A DNA stretch of 60,851 bases, the filler included, from Nemertoderma westbladi (lineage: Eukaryota; Animalia; Xenacoelomorpha), in assembly GCA_032718475.1 (NCBI GenBank). It is 3 parts of 3 records of this genome, joined end to end, with 100 filler letters (N's around TTAATTAATTAA, not from the genome) between each part and the next. Parts side by side here need not be neighbours in the genome. Positions count along the whole stretch, not along the records: positions 30,784 to 52,031 come from JAUCBJ010007302.1; 2 more parts are not named here. One strand, given 5' to 3'. Under the pieces are notes generated by a model. It searched no databases, was not told where the DNA came from, and worked only from the letters and a program-made list of their open reading frames with translations. Of the stretch, positions 36,410-47,538 are shown piece by piece. A program made the translations under genes and the position numbers. The number at the start of each line of letters is the position of its first letter. Within the stretch, counting starts at the first letter, position 1.

Positions 36410-36884
36410 CTGAAAATGTGTTCAATCTGTTGAAAATTCGTAGTGGGGTCTAGTTAGGTCAGAGTTAGGTAGGCAAGGCGAAGGCAGATACAGTACGGTA
36501 CCGTACTTCGTACTACACACTAACAGACTAAACTGCTAAACTACAGTATTCTCTCTCTCTGCACTCTGTCAGTCAGTGATCTATGCCACAATTGGCAGTT
36601 TTCAAAAATGAAAGGCACCAGTCAGGAGTCAGCCAGTAAAGTGAAAGACACTGATAGGCACCAGTAGGCCAGTTATTAGATTACTGGATTAATAATGTCT
36701 GAATGTATTTTGAACTAATCTATTTTCATTAAATTTATTATAGGCCTAATGCTGTAATGCATTAGGCCTATATTTCGGTAAACGAACTTAGATCCTGCAG
36801 CCCGGCCTGACTTTGACAGTTTGAGGAATAACTTATATCTTTGCGAACTTGGGTCCTATATATGCGAACATAGATCCTATATAT

Positions 36885-37394
36885 CAGTCGGGGAGAAGTT
36901 CAAATTTCAACTGAGTTGAAATTTAAAACTTTTTTTTTAAATTCAACTTTTAAGTTGTAAATTCAACTCTAAAATGGCAGGAGGCCCAGAAGGGCCCCAA
37001 GACGTTACAGAAGGGATGTTTTGATTGTTTTTATGGATGTAACTCGAAAAATTAACCCTCATTACCGATGGAATAAAAACTTTCACCGCCGGGAATACCT
37101 TTTTTAAAAACATTTTAAGTGATTACATTTGCAAATTAGCTGAAATACTACGGGAATTTATTAGATGTATTAAATTACCACTGAATGTCATAATTATTAT
37201 ACAATGGAATACCAGTAATGGATGCCAATTCCATATTTCAGTATTTCCAAAGCTACTCAAAAAGTTAAAATTTAAAAAAAGTTGAATTTTAAACTCTAGG
37301 CCTACTCCAAAAGTTAAATTTTAATAAAAAGTTGAATTTTAATAAATAAAGTTGAAGTTTCAACTCAGTTGAAAATAGAACTTCTCCCCGACTG
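36885..37394. mobile_element. MITE with ~37-bp TIRs inserted in a gaacttagatcct repeat array
   Basis: CAGTCGGGGAGAAGTTC...GAACTTCTCCCCGACTG, flanked by tatat on both sides. Confidence 0.8.
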
Positions 37395-38004
37395 TATATG
37401 GGAGAACTTAGACCCTAACTAGCAGACTAGGTGAACTTAGATCCTATCCGGCAGTCCGGGGGAACTTAGATCCTAACTACTGAACTACCAGGTACGTCAC
37501 CTATCCCTATGTAATGGGATCCAACGGAGTTGGCAGTAATGAATCCTGATTCCTGACCGGTGTGTGTTATACGCGTCGCCGCGTCCGTATGCTGCTAACT
37601 GGCTAAAGCTGTAGTCTGGATTATTGTTCAACCGGGTCACGAATTTTGCCGGGTACCGGACCGGAGCCGGGTCAGGAAGATTGTGCCCGGAGCCGGTCTG
37701 GAGCCGGACCGGGTATGTAAATTGGCCTTGCATGCAAACTGTCATGTTGGTACTACTGTCAGACTGTACAGACAGACAGAGGTTAGTTAGGTACAGTACC
37801 GTAACTTACTAACTTCCCCAACTGCCAACTTAGGTACCGTACATCGGTACTGGCAGACCGGTATTGTCCTACTGTCAGACAGCTGGACTGTCTGTAAACT
37901 CTCAAACAGCAAACAGGTACTGTGTACTGCATTTACTGCATATCAGCATACACGGTGACGGTACAGTACATACACTGATACACATTTCCTGATTTCTTCA
38001 TTTT

Positions 38005-38877
38005 TTGCTTTGCAGAACATGTAACTTTTTACCGGAGTTCCGGCAACTATTTTACCTGCTATTTTACTATTGCTTAGGATGTGAAATTTGCGGTGCCTGG
38101 ATTCACGGTTCATGTCTGAATTTATCCGCAAGTGAACTGCAAACCCTAGCTAACTGTAAAAACTGTAAAATTATCTGCACTCCTTGCGAAAGTAAAGGAA
38201 CCCTGACCATAAAGTCTGACTCAGCAATATCGGTTGAAGCACTTGTATCGAATCTTCAATCCTCTCTAACAAGTGAAATCAGTATGCTGACTTCGGCAGT
38301 ATCCAAAGTAATATGCGCAGATGCAATCCCTGGTGCCCCCTCTCCTAACACATTTAGTAACACCAACTCCAATGGATGGCAGATTAATCAACTGAAGAAG
38401 AATCAGAGAAGATCTGATACTTATCTCTCTGTTGATGATGTTGGAAGGGAAATCCAGGAGCAGCAGAAACGTGAAATGAATATCGTTGTATCTGGTCTAC
38501 CACTTCCTGCTAATGCTAGTAATGATATTGACTCAGTTAACAGCTTCTTGATGAGTGAGTTTGATCTTGTGGATGGCAATACTAACCCAGTTGATAAAGT
38601 TCTCTATCGTCGAGGGATAAAGGACAGTAAACCATCTTTATTTATCATTAAACTGAAGTCGTCAAGTGCCAAATCAGTGATTCTTAAATCTAAAAGGAAG
38701 CTAAGAGATTCCCAATTGCATTCCAATGTTTATGTCAGCAACGACCTTACCAAACTTCAGGCGAAGCAGGAGTATATGCGCCGTCAAGCAAACCGAAACA
38801 GTAGTCCAGGACCTGCATTAGCCAATTCTGAAACATATTCTCCATCACCGACTTCTTTAGATGCCGATCGAGCCTAG
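38005..38877 (+). CDS. LINE ORF1 with PHD finger (possibly 5'-truncated)
   Basis: CEICGAWIHGSC...CTPC, then REMNIVVSGLP and VYVSNDLT motifs typical of CR1-group ORF1. Confidence 0.75.
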   Translation: MLCRTCNFLPEFRQLFYLLFYYCLGCEICGAWIHGSCLNLSASELQTLANCKNCKIICTPCESKGTLTIKSDSAISVEALVSNLQSSLTSEISMLTSAVSKVICADAIPGAPSPNTFSNTNSNGWQINQLKKNQRRSDTYLSVDDVGREIQEQQKREMNIVVSGLPLPANASNDIDSVNSFLMSEFDLVDGNTNPVDKVLYRRGIKDSKPSLFIIKLKSSSAKSVILKSKRKLRDSQLHSNVYVSNDLTKLQAKQEYMRRQANRNSSPGPALANSETYSPSPTSLDADRA

Positions 38878-41800
38878 GACAAACTGCACTCAGCCAACCA
38901 AGCTAATCATATCCCCGATTGTGTATTGTTGAAAAAGCCTTTGGTATTGTGTTTTAATTGTCAATCAATCCGAAACAAAATTAATGCATTGAATTTACTG
39001 GTATCTACTTTCAATGTTGATCCCTTAGTTATCTGTTTAACAGAAACTCATCTCCTTGAAGATGAATCTGATGATATTTTTGCGAATGCAGGACTCAATG
39101 GATTTCTTATTTATCGCCGTGATCGTCCAGGGCCAAACCGTGGGGGTGGTGTGGCAATTATAGTCTCCAAAGATTTGCTACCCTCTGAGGTAGATCTCCC
39201 ACATAAAGGGGAAAGTATCTGGGTTGATCTCAATGTGTATAGTGTTCCCTTTCGGATTGGCTGTGTATATATTTCGGATCCTTATGTGGGTCCGGAATCT
39301 ACTTTTAATTACCTCTCTTTCATTCAAGATTTAGAGACATTTGTTCCTCTTTATTCGAGTTTCCAAACCCTAATTACAGGTGACTTTAATTTTCGGCACA
39401 TAGACTGGAATATTCCCTGCCCAACTCCAAATTGTCAGTATCCTTCGATCACTGCCAGATTTATAGAATCAATTTTGGATCGTAATCTACATCAGCTTAT
39501 CTCTGACCCAACTCATATAAAAGGTGGTATTTTAGATTTGTTACTTACAAACATTCCAAACCTAGTAGAGAATGTATTTGTGGGTGAACGATTTGGTCTC
39601 ACTGATAAAAAAAGCGATCATAGAATCCTCTATGCTACCCTTCCCCCTATCAGTTCTGGAAGTGGCGCATCAGTCATTCGTGACTGGTCAAGTGTTAATT
39701 GGGACGAAGTTAATGAAATCTGTGCACAGATTAACTGGAATGATGTGGTTAATGACAATTTCAGTGCCATACAAAATGCTAAATCTTTAGAATTTATTTT
39801 GAACTCCATAATCTCCGACTGTGTTCCTTTGAAGTCCTGTAACCGTCCCAAACAGCATCCACAAATAAAGAAACTGCTCCGTCACGCTCATCATATTAGA
39901 AAGAAACTGTCTTTGACTAGCGATTCAATTAGACAATCAACTCTGCAGGATTCTCTGGATAATATAAACTCTCTAATCGAAGTGGCACACATGGAAGCCA
40001 TGCACAATTATGAAAACCGGATTCTGAAACACAAAAATTCAAAAAAATTCTGGCGCTACACCAAATCTCAATTGAATCGAAAATCCACCATACCAGCGAT
40101 GAAGGATTCTCAGGGAAATATTGTAACTGATAGCACTAAGAAGGCCAATCTTTTTAATGAAACGTTTGTATCTGCTTTTACAGTTGATTCAAGTACAAAT
40201 GTGCCTAAATCCCACTCAGGAAACAATATCAGTTGGAATCCTAATTCTGATTCGAATCATCCGAACAAAAATATTCTCAACCATATTGTCTTTGAATCCC
40301 ATGAGGTGTTCAAGAACCTTTCTAAGCTGAAACCCGGCAAAGCACCTGGACCTGACCACATTCCATCAATATTGTTGCGCAATTTGGCTCCGTTTCTTGC
40401 TACTCCACTAACTAGGCTGTTCCAACAATCTTTGGACTCAGGTATTATTCCGGATTCATGGGTTTTATCGCATATCGTTCCCGTATTTAAAAAATCGGGC
40501 TCCCGTTCCAACCCTTTGAATTACAGGCCAATTTCACTGACATCATTATTAGCAAAACTGATGGAAACTATTGTGAGGGGGAAAATTCTGAATCATCTCT
40601 ACCAGTCAAAATTTATTTCTTCTCGGCAACATGGTTTCCTAAAAGGGAAATCTACTTTCACCCAGCTTCTGGAGTGTTCTCTGGACTGGGTAAATATTCG
40701 CAACTTCCGAGGGCGCGTAGACATTATTTATACGGATTTTAAGAGAGCATTTGACAAAGTTTCCCACAGTAAGCTTATTTCAAAATTAGAATCTACAGGA
40801 ATTTCTGGGTTGCTGCTGCATTGGATCTCTGTATTTCTCATGACTAGATATCAACATACAATCATTGATGGATGTCTCTCTGCCTGTGCTAAGGTTACAA
40901 GTGGTGTTCCGCAGGGCAGTATCCTGGCTCCACTACTTTTTATTATTTTCATAAACGACATTGGTGATAACATTCTGAAGGAAACATTCATCAAATTATA
41001 TGCGGATGATACTAAGCTCTACCGACATATTTCAAGCAATCATGATGCGTTATACTTTCAACAAGACATCGATTCTCTCCTTAGTTGGGCTTCTGATTGG
41101 AATATGGAGTTTAATGTTAAAAAGTGCTGTCTAGTCTCACTTATGGCCCCAAATTCTTCTACCTCAGTTACTCATACTTATAATATGAATGGAACTCTCT
41201 TGAACACTAATGAATGCAACAAAGACCTTGGAATTATCATTTCAAATGATTTACTCTTTAGTGAACATGTCGAATTCATCTGTGCCAAGGCAAGAAAATC
41301 GAGCTCTCAAATTAGACGTTCATTCGGCCACCGTAATAGCCAGTTTCAATTCTATCTATTTTGCACTTTTGTTCGACCAATTCTCGAATATAATAGCCCC
41401 ATTTGGTCTCCAATGCTCGACAAAGATATAAACAGGTTAGAACAGGTTCAAAGAGAGTTTACGCGGTGGTTACCCGGTCTATCTGGTTTAAGCTATTCCA
41501 GCAGACTAACTAAATTGAAATGCAAATCTCTAGAAGAACGCCGGATCAAAATCGATATCACTGAAATGTATAAAATAATTCGAAGTGGGCAATCAGATCG
41601 AGTTTACTTTCACATTGCTTCTAATTCAAGAACTAGAGGACACCCATGGAAATTAGAACGCCCCCATTCAAATGTAGCTATTCACCAGCATCATTTCACT
41701 GTGCGTCATATCCCCACCTGGAACTCTCTTCCCAATGTAGTTGTAATGTCACCATCACTCAAAGTATTTAAAAAGAACCTAGATGAGACTGATCTGCTCC

Positions 41801-41901
41801 ATACGTGCAAGGGATCCTGGAAGACCACAATGGAGACAATCCGCCCTCCCCCTGCACCAATCACAACTGCTCCGGTTCTCCCTAGTCCCAGGCTGATCTG
41901 A
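38878..41901 (+). CDS. LINE ORF2, AP endonuclease plus reverse transcriptase, no initiating ATG
   Basis: NCQSIRNK, LTET, GDFN, SDH, NYRPISL, QHGF, DFKRAFDKV, GVPQGS and YADD motifs; the frame is open from directly after the ORF1 TAG. Confidence 0.9.
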   Translation, partial: DKLHSANQANHIPDCVLLKKPLVLCFNCQSIRNKINALNLLVSTFNVDPLVICLTETHLLEDESDDIFANAGLNGFLIYRRDRPGPNRGGGVAIIVSKDLLPSEVDLPHKGESIWVDLNVYSVPFRIGCVYISDPYVGPESTFNYLSFIQDLETFVPLYSSFQTLITGDFNFRHIDWNIPCPTPNCQYPSITARFIESILDRNLHQLISDPTHIKGGILDLLLTNIPNLVENVFVGERFGLTDKKSDHRILYATLPPISSGSGASVIRDWSSVNWDEVNEICAQINWNDVVNDNFSAIQNAKSLEFILNSIISDCVPLKSCNRPKQHPQIKKLLRHAHHIRKKLSLTSDSIRQSTLQDSLDNINSLIEVAHMEAMHNYENRILKHKNSKKFWRYTKSQLNRKSTIPAMKDSQGNIVTDSTKKANLFNETFVSAFTVDSSTNVPKSHSGNNISWNPNSDSNHPNKNILNHIVFESHEVFKNLSKLKPGKAPGPDHIPSILLRNLAPFLATPLTRLFQQSLDSGIIPDSWVLSHIVPVFKKSGSRSNPLNYRPISLTSLLAKLMETIVRGKILNHLYQSKFISSRQHGFLKGKSTFTQLLECSLDWVNIRNFRGRVDIIYTDFKRAFDKVSHSKLISKLESTGISGLLLHWISVFLMTRYQHTIIDGCLSACAKVTSGVPQGSILAPLLFIIFINDIGDNILKETFIKLYADDTKLYRHISSNHDALYFQQDIDSLLSWASDWNMEFNVKKCCLVSLMAPNSSTSVTHTYNMNGTLLNTNECNKDLGIIISNDLLFSEHVEFICAKARKSSSQIRRSFGHRNSQFQFYLFCTFVRPILEYNSPIWSPMLDKDINRLEQVQREFTRWLPGLSGLSYSSRLTKLKCKSLEERRIKIDITEMYKIIRSGQSDRVYFHIASNSRTRGHPWKLERPHSNVAIHQHHFTVRHIPTWNSLPNVVVMSPSLKVFKKNLDETDLLHTCKGSWKTTMETIRPPPAPITTAPVLPSPRLI

Positions 41902-42353
41902 TACACTATGGAACTCATAATACCCCATAGATACCTAGCAATAACTAGCATTAACTTAATATTTTACTTTTGGTTTTAATTATATACCCATAATGACTAT
42001 GTACGTAATTATTTTAAATTAAATTTTAAACACTTTTTTGTGCATTGCATATTGCACATATAATGTACAGTTCACTGTGTGCAGCCCCAGTGGTGTTAAA
42101 TGGCTGGGTGCTTATTTTACTTTTAGTGACGATGTCACGTTTGTTTAATCCGTGTTAACCGTTTATTATTTGTTTATCTATAATGTCATGTCATTAAATT
42201 CAATTTCAATTTCAATTACCAGGGCCGGTCCTGAGCTGGACAGGGCAAACCCGGCCCGGAGCCGGTCCGGAGCCGGTGCTCCAGTTGAACAATAGTCTGC
42301 ATATATAATAGGCCAAAGGCCATTGAAATAACTGAGTTTTTACTGTCAGTCAT

Positions 42354-42683
42354 TGTAATCACAGAACATAATAATAGCACAGTCAGAGTATGATAGCACG
42401 GTAATGACGACGGTTAAAAACTGTTCGGTCTTGTAGAATACTGGTACGAATAAAGATATGAAAATCATAATCGTATGCAGATATCTGTATGTATATATTT
42501 GTCAGGAAACTCCGAGCAATATAGGTAATACTGTAATACAGTAAAATAGGTATCAGGTATATAAACACCAAAAACCGGTAGGTAACAAGCAGTCTGAATG
42601 TGAACCACAAAACTCAGATAAGATACTGCTAAAAACCTACAGTATAACCAAAAAGGTTGGTAAAGTGAAAATAATATTTCACA
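42354..42683 (-). repeat. Probable BEL 3' LTR
   Basis: The minus strand begins TGTGAA after a G-rich tract (gtgggggtt) and ends ATTACA; the partner LTR is not in the window. Confidence 0.55.
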
Positions 42684-43305
42684 AACCCCCACGTCGTAGT
42701 TAATAATACTACGAAAAAAAGAAGAAAATAATTTCCATCAACAAATAAAATTAAAAAAAAAACTCAAAAACCAGATATAAAATCAGAATAATCAGTACAT
42801 CAATACATCATATTTAGCAATGAATCAGAATAAGTCTGGAGTTAATTTTCAAGTCAATACTCAATTCTTTCTCTCTTACTAATACAATAATACTAATACA
42901 ACAAATAATATTAACTTCGAAATTTAAGTAATCTTTGTTATATAGTGATACAAACTTAATTTTATTATACCTACTGACCAAATCTGGGAGGACATTTAAC
43001 CTGTAATGGTGCGTGCAGTCAGGGTACAGCAGTACCGGTGTCCGGTAGTACTGATGGTAGTACCGGTATATAAAGAGATGACTGCTTTCACTCACTACTA
43101 CTGACTGACGTCAGTACCGGTATGTATATTGTATATCCTTATATCGGTACTCTTTCCTACACGTAGGCCACCACACACCTACACGTAGGCCACCACACAG
43201 CCTCCGTTTAAGTAGCGGAGCTGTAAAATATCAAATAATGAATTTAGAAGAAATAGTCACAAACTGAAAGTAAATGTAGTACGTCCAGACAGTTTAAGTT
43301 ATTGC

Positions 43306-46300
43306 TTAATAATAGTGATAAGTGTTCCTATTGGTTGAAATCACAACTCGGCCAGATCGAGTCTTAGTTTGCTCTATCACTGGTGGGTGCTGTGACTGGT
43401 TGCCAAGGTCTGGTGGCCGTGGTCCCGTAGGAGTCAATATAGGTTCTCCCGGGGTTGCTTGTTTCGCTATATAGGGTTTTAGTCTGGAGACGCTAACAGT
43501 GTTATGTTTCCCTTTTTGTTCTATAATGACGGTAGCTCCGTTGTTCTCGATAACCTCAAAAGGGCCGGTGTAAGGGGCCTCTAGAGGGCGCCTTATACGG
43601 TCGATGCGCAGCCACACATGGGAAGTTCCCTCGGGAAGGTATGTGCGAGTCTTGGTACTCAAAATAGGCTGTTGTTGTCGGTATATGTGATTCGATGGAT
43701 CGAAAAATGAGTTTAGATTGTCCAAAATTGTTGACGAGTTTGAAAGTGACTGTACGAGTGGTTTACATGGAAACCTTGGGGACTCTCCCGTAATAAGTGA
43801 AAACGGGGATGGACTGGTGTCATTGGGGGTGTTTCTTAATGACCATAGGATGGCTGAAAGAGAAGTAAACCAGTCGGTTTCACGAGCACGGATAGCTTCT
43901 TTCAGTCTACGGTGCATCCGTTCCACCATACCATTTGTCTGAGGGTGATACGAAGTTGTAGGTAGTCGAACGAATCCGAGATTACTGGCGATGTTGGCGA
44001 AAAGATTTGACTCAAATTGGCTGCCTTTATCGCTGACAATGTGTAAGGGTATACTAAATATGGATATCCAACCATCGATAAGTGCTTTGGCCACCGTTGT
44101 TGTTAATGTATCAGCAACCGGCACCGCCATGGGCCAGCCCGAAAATCTATCAATTGCTGTTACAACGTAGGAAAAGTTACTAATAGTGGGTAATGGACCC
44201 ACAATGTCAATGTGTATAATATCGAATCGTTCAGTGACGATTGGCATTGGATGGTTGGGTCTGTGAATGTGGCGAACGATTTTAGCGCGTTGACAATGTT
44301 CGCATTCCCGTACCCACTGCTGAATGTCCCTCTTTGCCTTGGGCCAAAAGTAGCGAGATAATATTAGGCGTTGTGTCGCTGTCCGACCTGGGTGAGCTAC
44401 ATTGTGAGCTTGTTGAAAAATTGAATATCTGAGATTTTCTGTAATATAGGGTCGAGGATAAGAAGAATTTGTGTCACATGCGATTGTAAGAGAACCAAAG
44501 GGAAGTTTTGTGAGGGTTGAAGGAAGTTCTACTCCCTCTTGGGATTGTTGTATAGCCGGTAAGTCGCAAACGGCAGTAGAAATACTGGCAATAAGCGGTG
44601 TCGGGCCTTCCATTTCTGGTAATATCTGATCTGCCATTGGTTGGTTGGATGAGTCGGGTGGTCGGGATAATAAATCGGCTACAATATTTTCACGGCCAGG
44701 AATATAGCGAACTTCATCCACATATTCCGCTATTGTGGCAAATCGATGATTTTGCCAATGAGAATTGGCGTTAGTTCTTTTATGGATCGCAGAAACCAAC
44801 GGTTTATGGTCTGTAAGTGCAATGGTTTGCAGCGATTCTATATATGGCCTGAAATGCAACACAGCACTGGAGAGGGCGAGGAGTTCACGCTCAAATGCTG
44901 ATCGTTGTGAATCCGTTGTACTTAAACGCTTGGAAAAGAATGACAAGGGTTGGTCATTGACTGATAAAACGCCTCCTATTGCCAAATCGGAAGCATCTGT
45001 AGTTAATATGAATTCCTTGGCATCTGGTGGTGGATGTGTAAGAATGACTCGTTGTTGTAATACTTCGAGGATTCTTGTGTATGAGTCTTGGTGATGTTGG
45101 AGCCAGTTAAACTGAGGACTGACTCCTTTGCAGGGTTGAGTGTCGTTTAATAGTTCTTGGAGTGGAATTAAAATCTCTGCAGCACGAGGTAGGAAACGGC
45201 GATAAAAGTTTATGGCCCCTAGTCGGCTTCTAAGTTCCTTGTAAGAAGTGGGGATGGACAGTGCGCAAATTTCACTCACTTTAGATGTCGAGGGCGATAT
45301 TCCATCTGAACTAATGTTAAATCCGAGAAAATCGAGATCCGGAACGGCGAATACGCATTTGTTGGGATTTACGTGTAAACTGTAACAATCTAGACGCTGA
45401 AATAATTGAATAAGATCGGCTTTGTGAGTTTCCATATCAGGAGAACCGCAGATAACGTCGTCGTAAAATGGGAAGGTTCTCTCTCCTAGTCCATGAAGAG
45501 CCTTGTGGACATGGCGGTTGAAGTGGGGTCCAGCGTTTTTCATCCCGAAGGGCATACGGATAAACTCAAAGAGTCCAAATGGAGTTGTTATTGCCGTTTT
45601 AGGGATATCACTATCCTTAACGGGGATAACATGGTACGCTTTGACTAAATCTATCTTGGAAAAGACGGTACATCCGTGTAAGAATGCGTTGGCGTCACGA
45701 GGGTCCGGTGTCGGATAACTATCTTTCTTTGTTACAGAGTTTAGACGGCGGTAATCACCACAGGGTCGGTACGTCCGATCTTTCTTTGTTACCATGTGTA
45801 ATGGTGATGACCATTCAGAGGCCGATGGACGAATAATTCCAAGCTTTAACAGTTCGTTAAAATAGTTCTTGGCAGTTGCTAACTTATCTGGCGCTAAACG
45901 TCGAGGTTTACTTTGTATCGGTGGGCCTTCTGTTTCAATAGAAAATTCTATCGTTGATTGGGGAGTTTCAGTATAATCTGGTAACTTGAATAGATGTTGG
46001 AAGGGCTCCATAGAAACAAGAATCGATGTAGGGAGTTCTGGAAGGGACGACTTTACCAAAGGAGTTGGGGGTGCTCGTTGCAGTTGCAGGGAAGCAACCA
46101 ATCCTGTGATGCTGTCTTGGAGTACAGACAAATTACAATTGACTAACAGTTTATTCTTTGCCAAAAAATCGGCACCAAGTATCGCCTGGGTAACGTCAGC
46201 AATTATAAACTGGTGAAAGTATTCCCGTCGTAGACGTTTCAGTTTAATAACCATATTCGCTCGGCCATATGTCTGAATTGGATGGCCATCTGCAGCACAT

Positions 46301-46478
46301 AATTCATCTGTAGAGAGTTCAATAATATGTGAGTCGGCGAGTTGTGGGGGCAGAACACTGTAACAAGCTCCGGTATCGATCAGGAAACGGGTGAGTTTGT
46401 TACCAACTTTGGCCTCCACAGTGGGCGATTTGTGAAACGCCCCCGGTGCTGAAATCGCTGCAACAGAGGGGGAGTCTA
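43306..46478 (-). CDS. Gypsy pol (protease, RT, RNase H, integrase), expressed by -1 frameshift
   Basis: FLIDTGA, RPCGDYRRLN, FYDD, TTDAS, HHCC zinc finger, HIDIVGP, SDKGSQF and PYTGPF; the frame is open back to the gag stop. Confidence 0.92.
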
Positions 46479-46485
46479 GTTTCCC
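46440..46485 (-). promoter_or_regulatory. -1 ribosomal frameshift signal
   Basis: Slippery G_GGA_AAC at 46485-46479 directly before the gag TAG, followed by a CCCCC/TGTTG...CAGCA/GGGGG stem; the -1 frame is pol. Confidence 0.8.
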
Positions 46486-47339
46486 TGATCCGGCGAGTTG
46501 TCCCTTGAGTTCTCATGAGAAACGTCATGAGAAAAGATGCGTGGTCGATGGCTGTCACTCTTGGGAAACTGACACCAAGTTGTACAGTTTTTAGCTGCTC
46601 TGCCGAAGAATATATGAGAACGGCAGATTTTTGGACGCTGGTTGCGGGAGAATGGAGTAATGGTACGTTGGTAGCTACGATTTGGGTAAGATGATGAACC
46701 GGCTGAGTCGTCCGAATATCGATTGGATCGGTACCGCGGCGGGGACTTGTGATCCGGCGAGCGGCCCCTGTAATATGAATCGGGTGAACCAGGACGATCA
46801 CGGGAATATGAATTGGTTGAATGAGGATTATCACGTGAATATGAACCAACAGAATAAATCGGCATCTTGTTGACCGTTGCAGCGATGACGGTATCCGCAA
46901 TCTTCAGGAATTCCTCCAGTGGATTCTTTGCTTGGGTGGCGAGAGCTGACTTCGCTGCCTCTGTTGGCATTGCTTCTATTACTCGAGCGATCAGTTCTTG
47001 TTCGCTACGCTGCGGCATGTCCGCGGCGTTTGCCAGAAGTTTCAGGCGGTGAACTGCCTGTGAAGGACGCTCTCCTTCGTGTAGAGAGAATGTTGCGATA
47101 GCCCGGCGAATAAGATCGTACTGCGATTCACCCAACGTGTTTTTAAGCATATCTTTTGCCTCGTCATACGTTTTAACGTCGGCAGTGGCAATAAGAGCGG
47201 CTTGTTTGGTAGGAAGGAGCGTCAGTAGAAGATTAACCTGGTCTTCTGCCTTGGTTTTCTCCAGAACGAAATAAGCCTCTAGTTGGCGGAACCATATACT
47301 TGGGTGTTGGAGTGAAAAAGGTGGAAGACGGCTTGCCAT
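46476..47339 (-). CDS. Gypsy gag with CHCC knuckle
   Basis: RLPPF...P.IWF.QLEA.F N-terminus and C-x2-H-x9-C-x3-C (CRSHIFFGRAAKNCTTWC), as in the CsRn1 clade. Confidence 0.88.
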   Translation of the reverse strand: MASRLPPFSLQHPSIWFRQLEAYFVLEKTKAEDQVNLLLTLLPTKQAALIATADVKTYDEAKDMLKNTLGESQYDLIRRAIATFSLHEGERPSQAVHRLKLLANAADMPQRSEQELIARVIEAMPTEAAKSALATQAKNPLEEFLKIADTVIAATVNKMPIYSVGSYSRDNPHSTNSYSRDRPGSPDSYYRGRSPDHKSPPRYRSNRYSDDSAGSSSYPNRSYQRTITPFSRNQRPKICRSHIFFGRAAKNCTTWCQFPKSDSHRPRIFSHDVSHENSRDNSPDQGN

Positions 47340-47416
47340 AATATCCAGATAGTGTAAAGAGTATTATTATAGTTCAGAATAAACGTACAGTTCAACAGTT
47401 TTTATTTATTTATCGA

Positions 47417-47428
47417 GTCAGGTCACCA
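47417..47428 (-). promoter_or_regulatory. Primer binding site, tRNA-Trp type
   Basis: TGGTGACC one base after the 5' LTR end. Confidence 0.75.
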
Positions 47429-47538
47429 ATGTAATGGTGCGTGCAGTCAGGGTACAGCAGTACCGGTGTCCGGTAGTACTGATGGTAGTACCGGTATATA
47501 AAGAGATGACTGCTTTCACTCACTACTACTGACTGACG

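Larger units (their letters stand above)
38005..42217 (+). mobile_element. CR1/L2-group LINE with intact ORF2
   Basis: PHD-type ORF1, APE+RT ORF2, 3' UTR and (TTTCAA)n tail ending near 42217; 5' end uncertain. Confidence 0.88.
37617..42298. mobile_element. Non-autonomous TIR element with ccggagccgg subterminal repeats, interrupted by a LINE
   Basis: tattgttcaac at 37622 and gttgaacaata at 42284, with ccggagccgg clusters inside both ends. Confidence 0.55.

Noticed and set aside
46400-46900. 166-aa ORF overlapping gag/pol, and other short ORFs antisense to or nested in long ORFs
   Set aside because: They are shadow frames of real coding regions with no recognisable domains.
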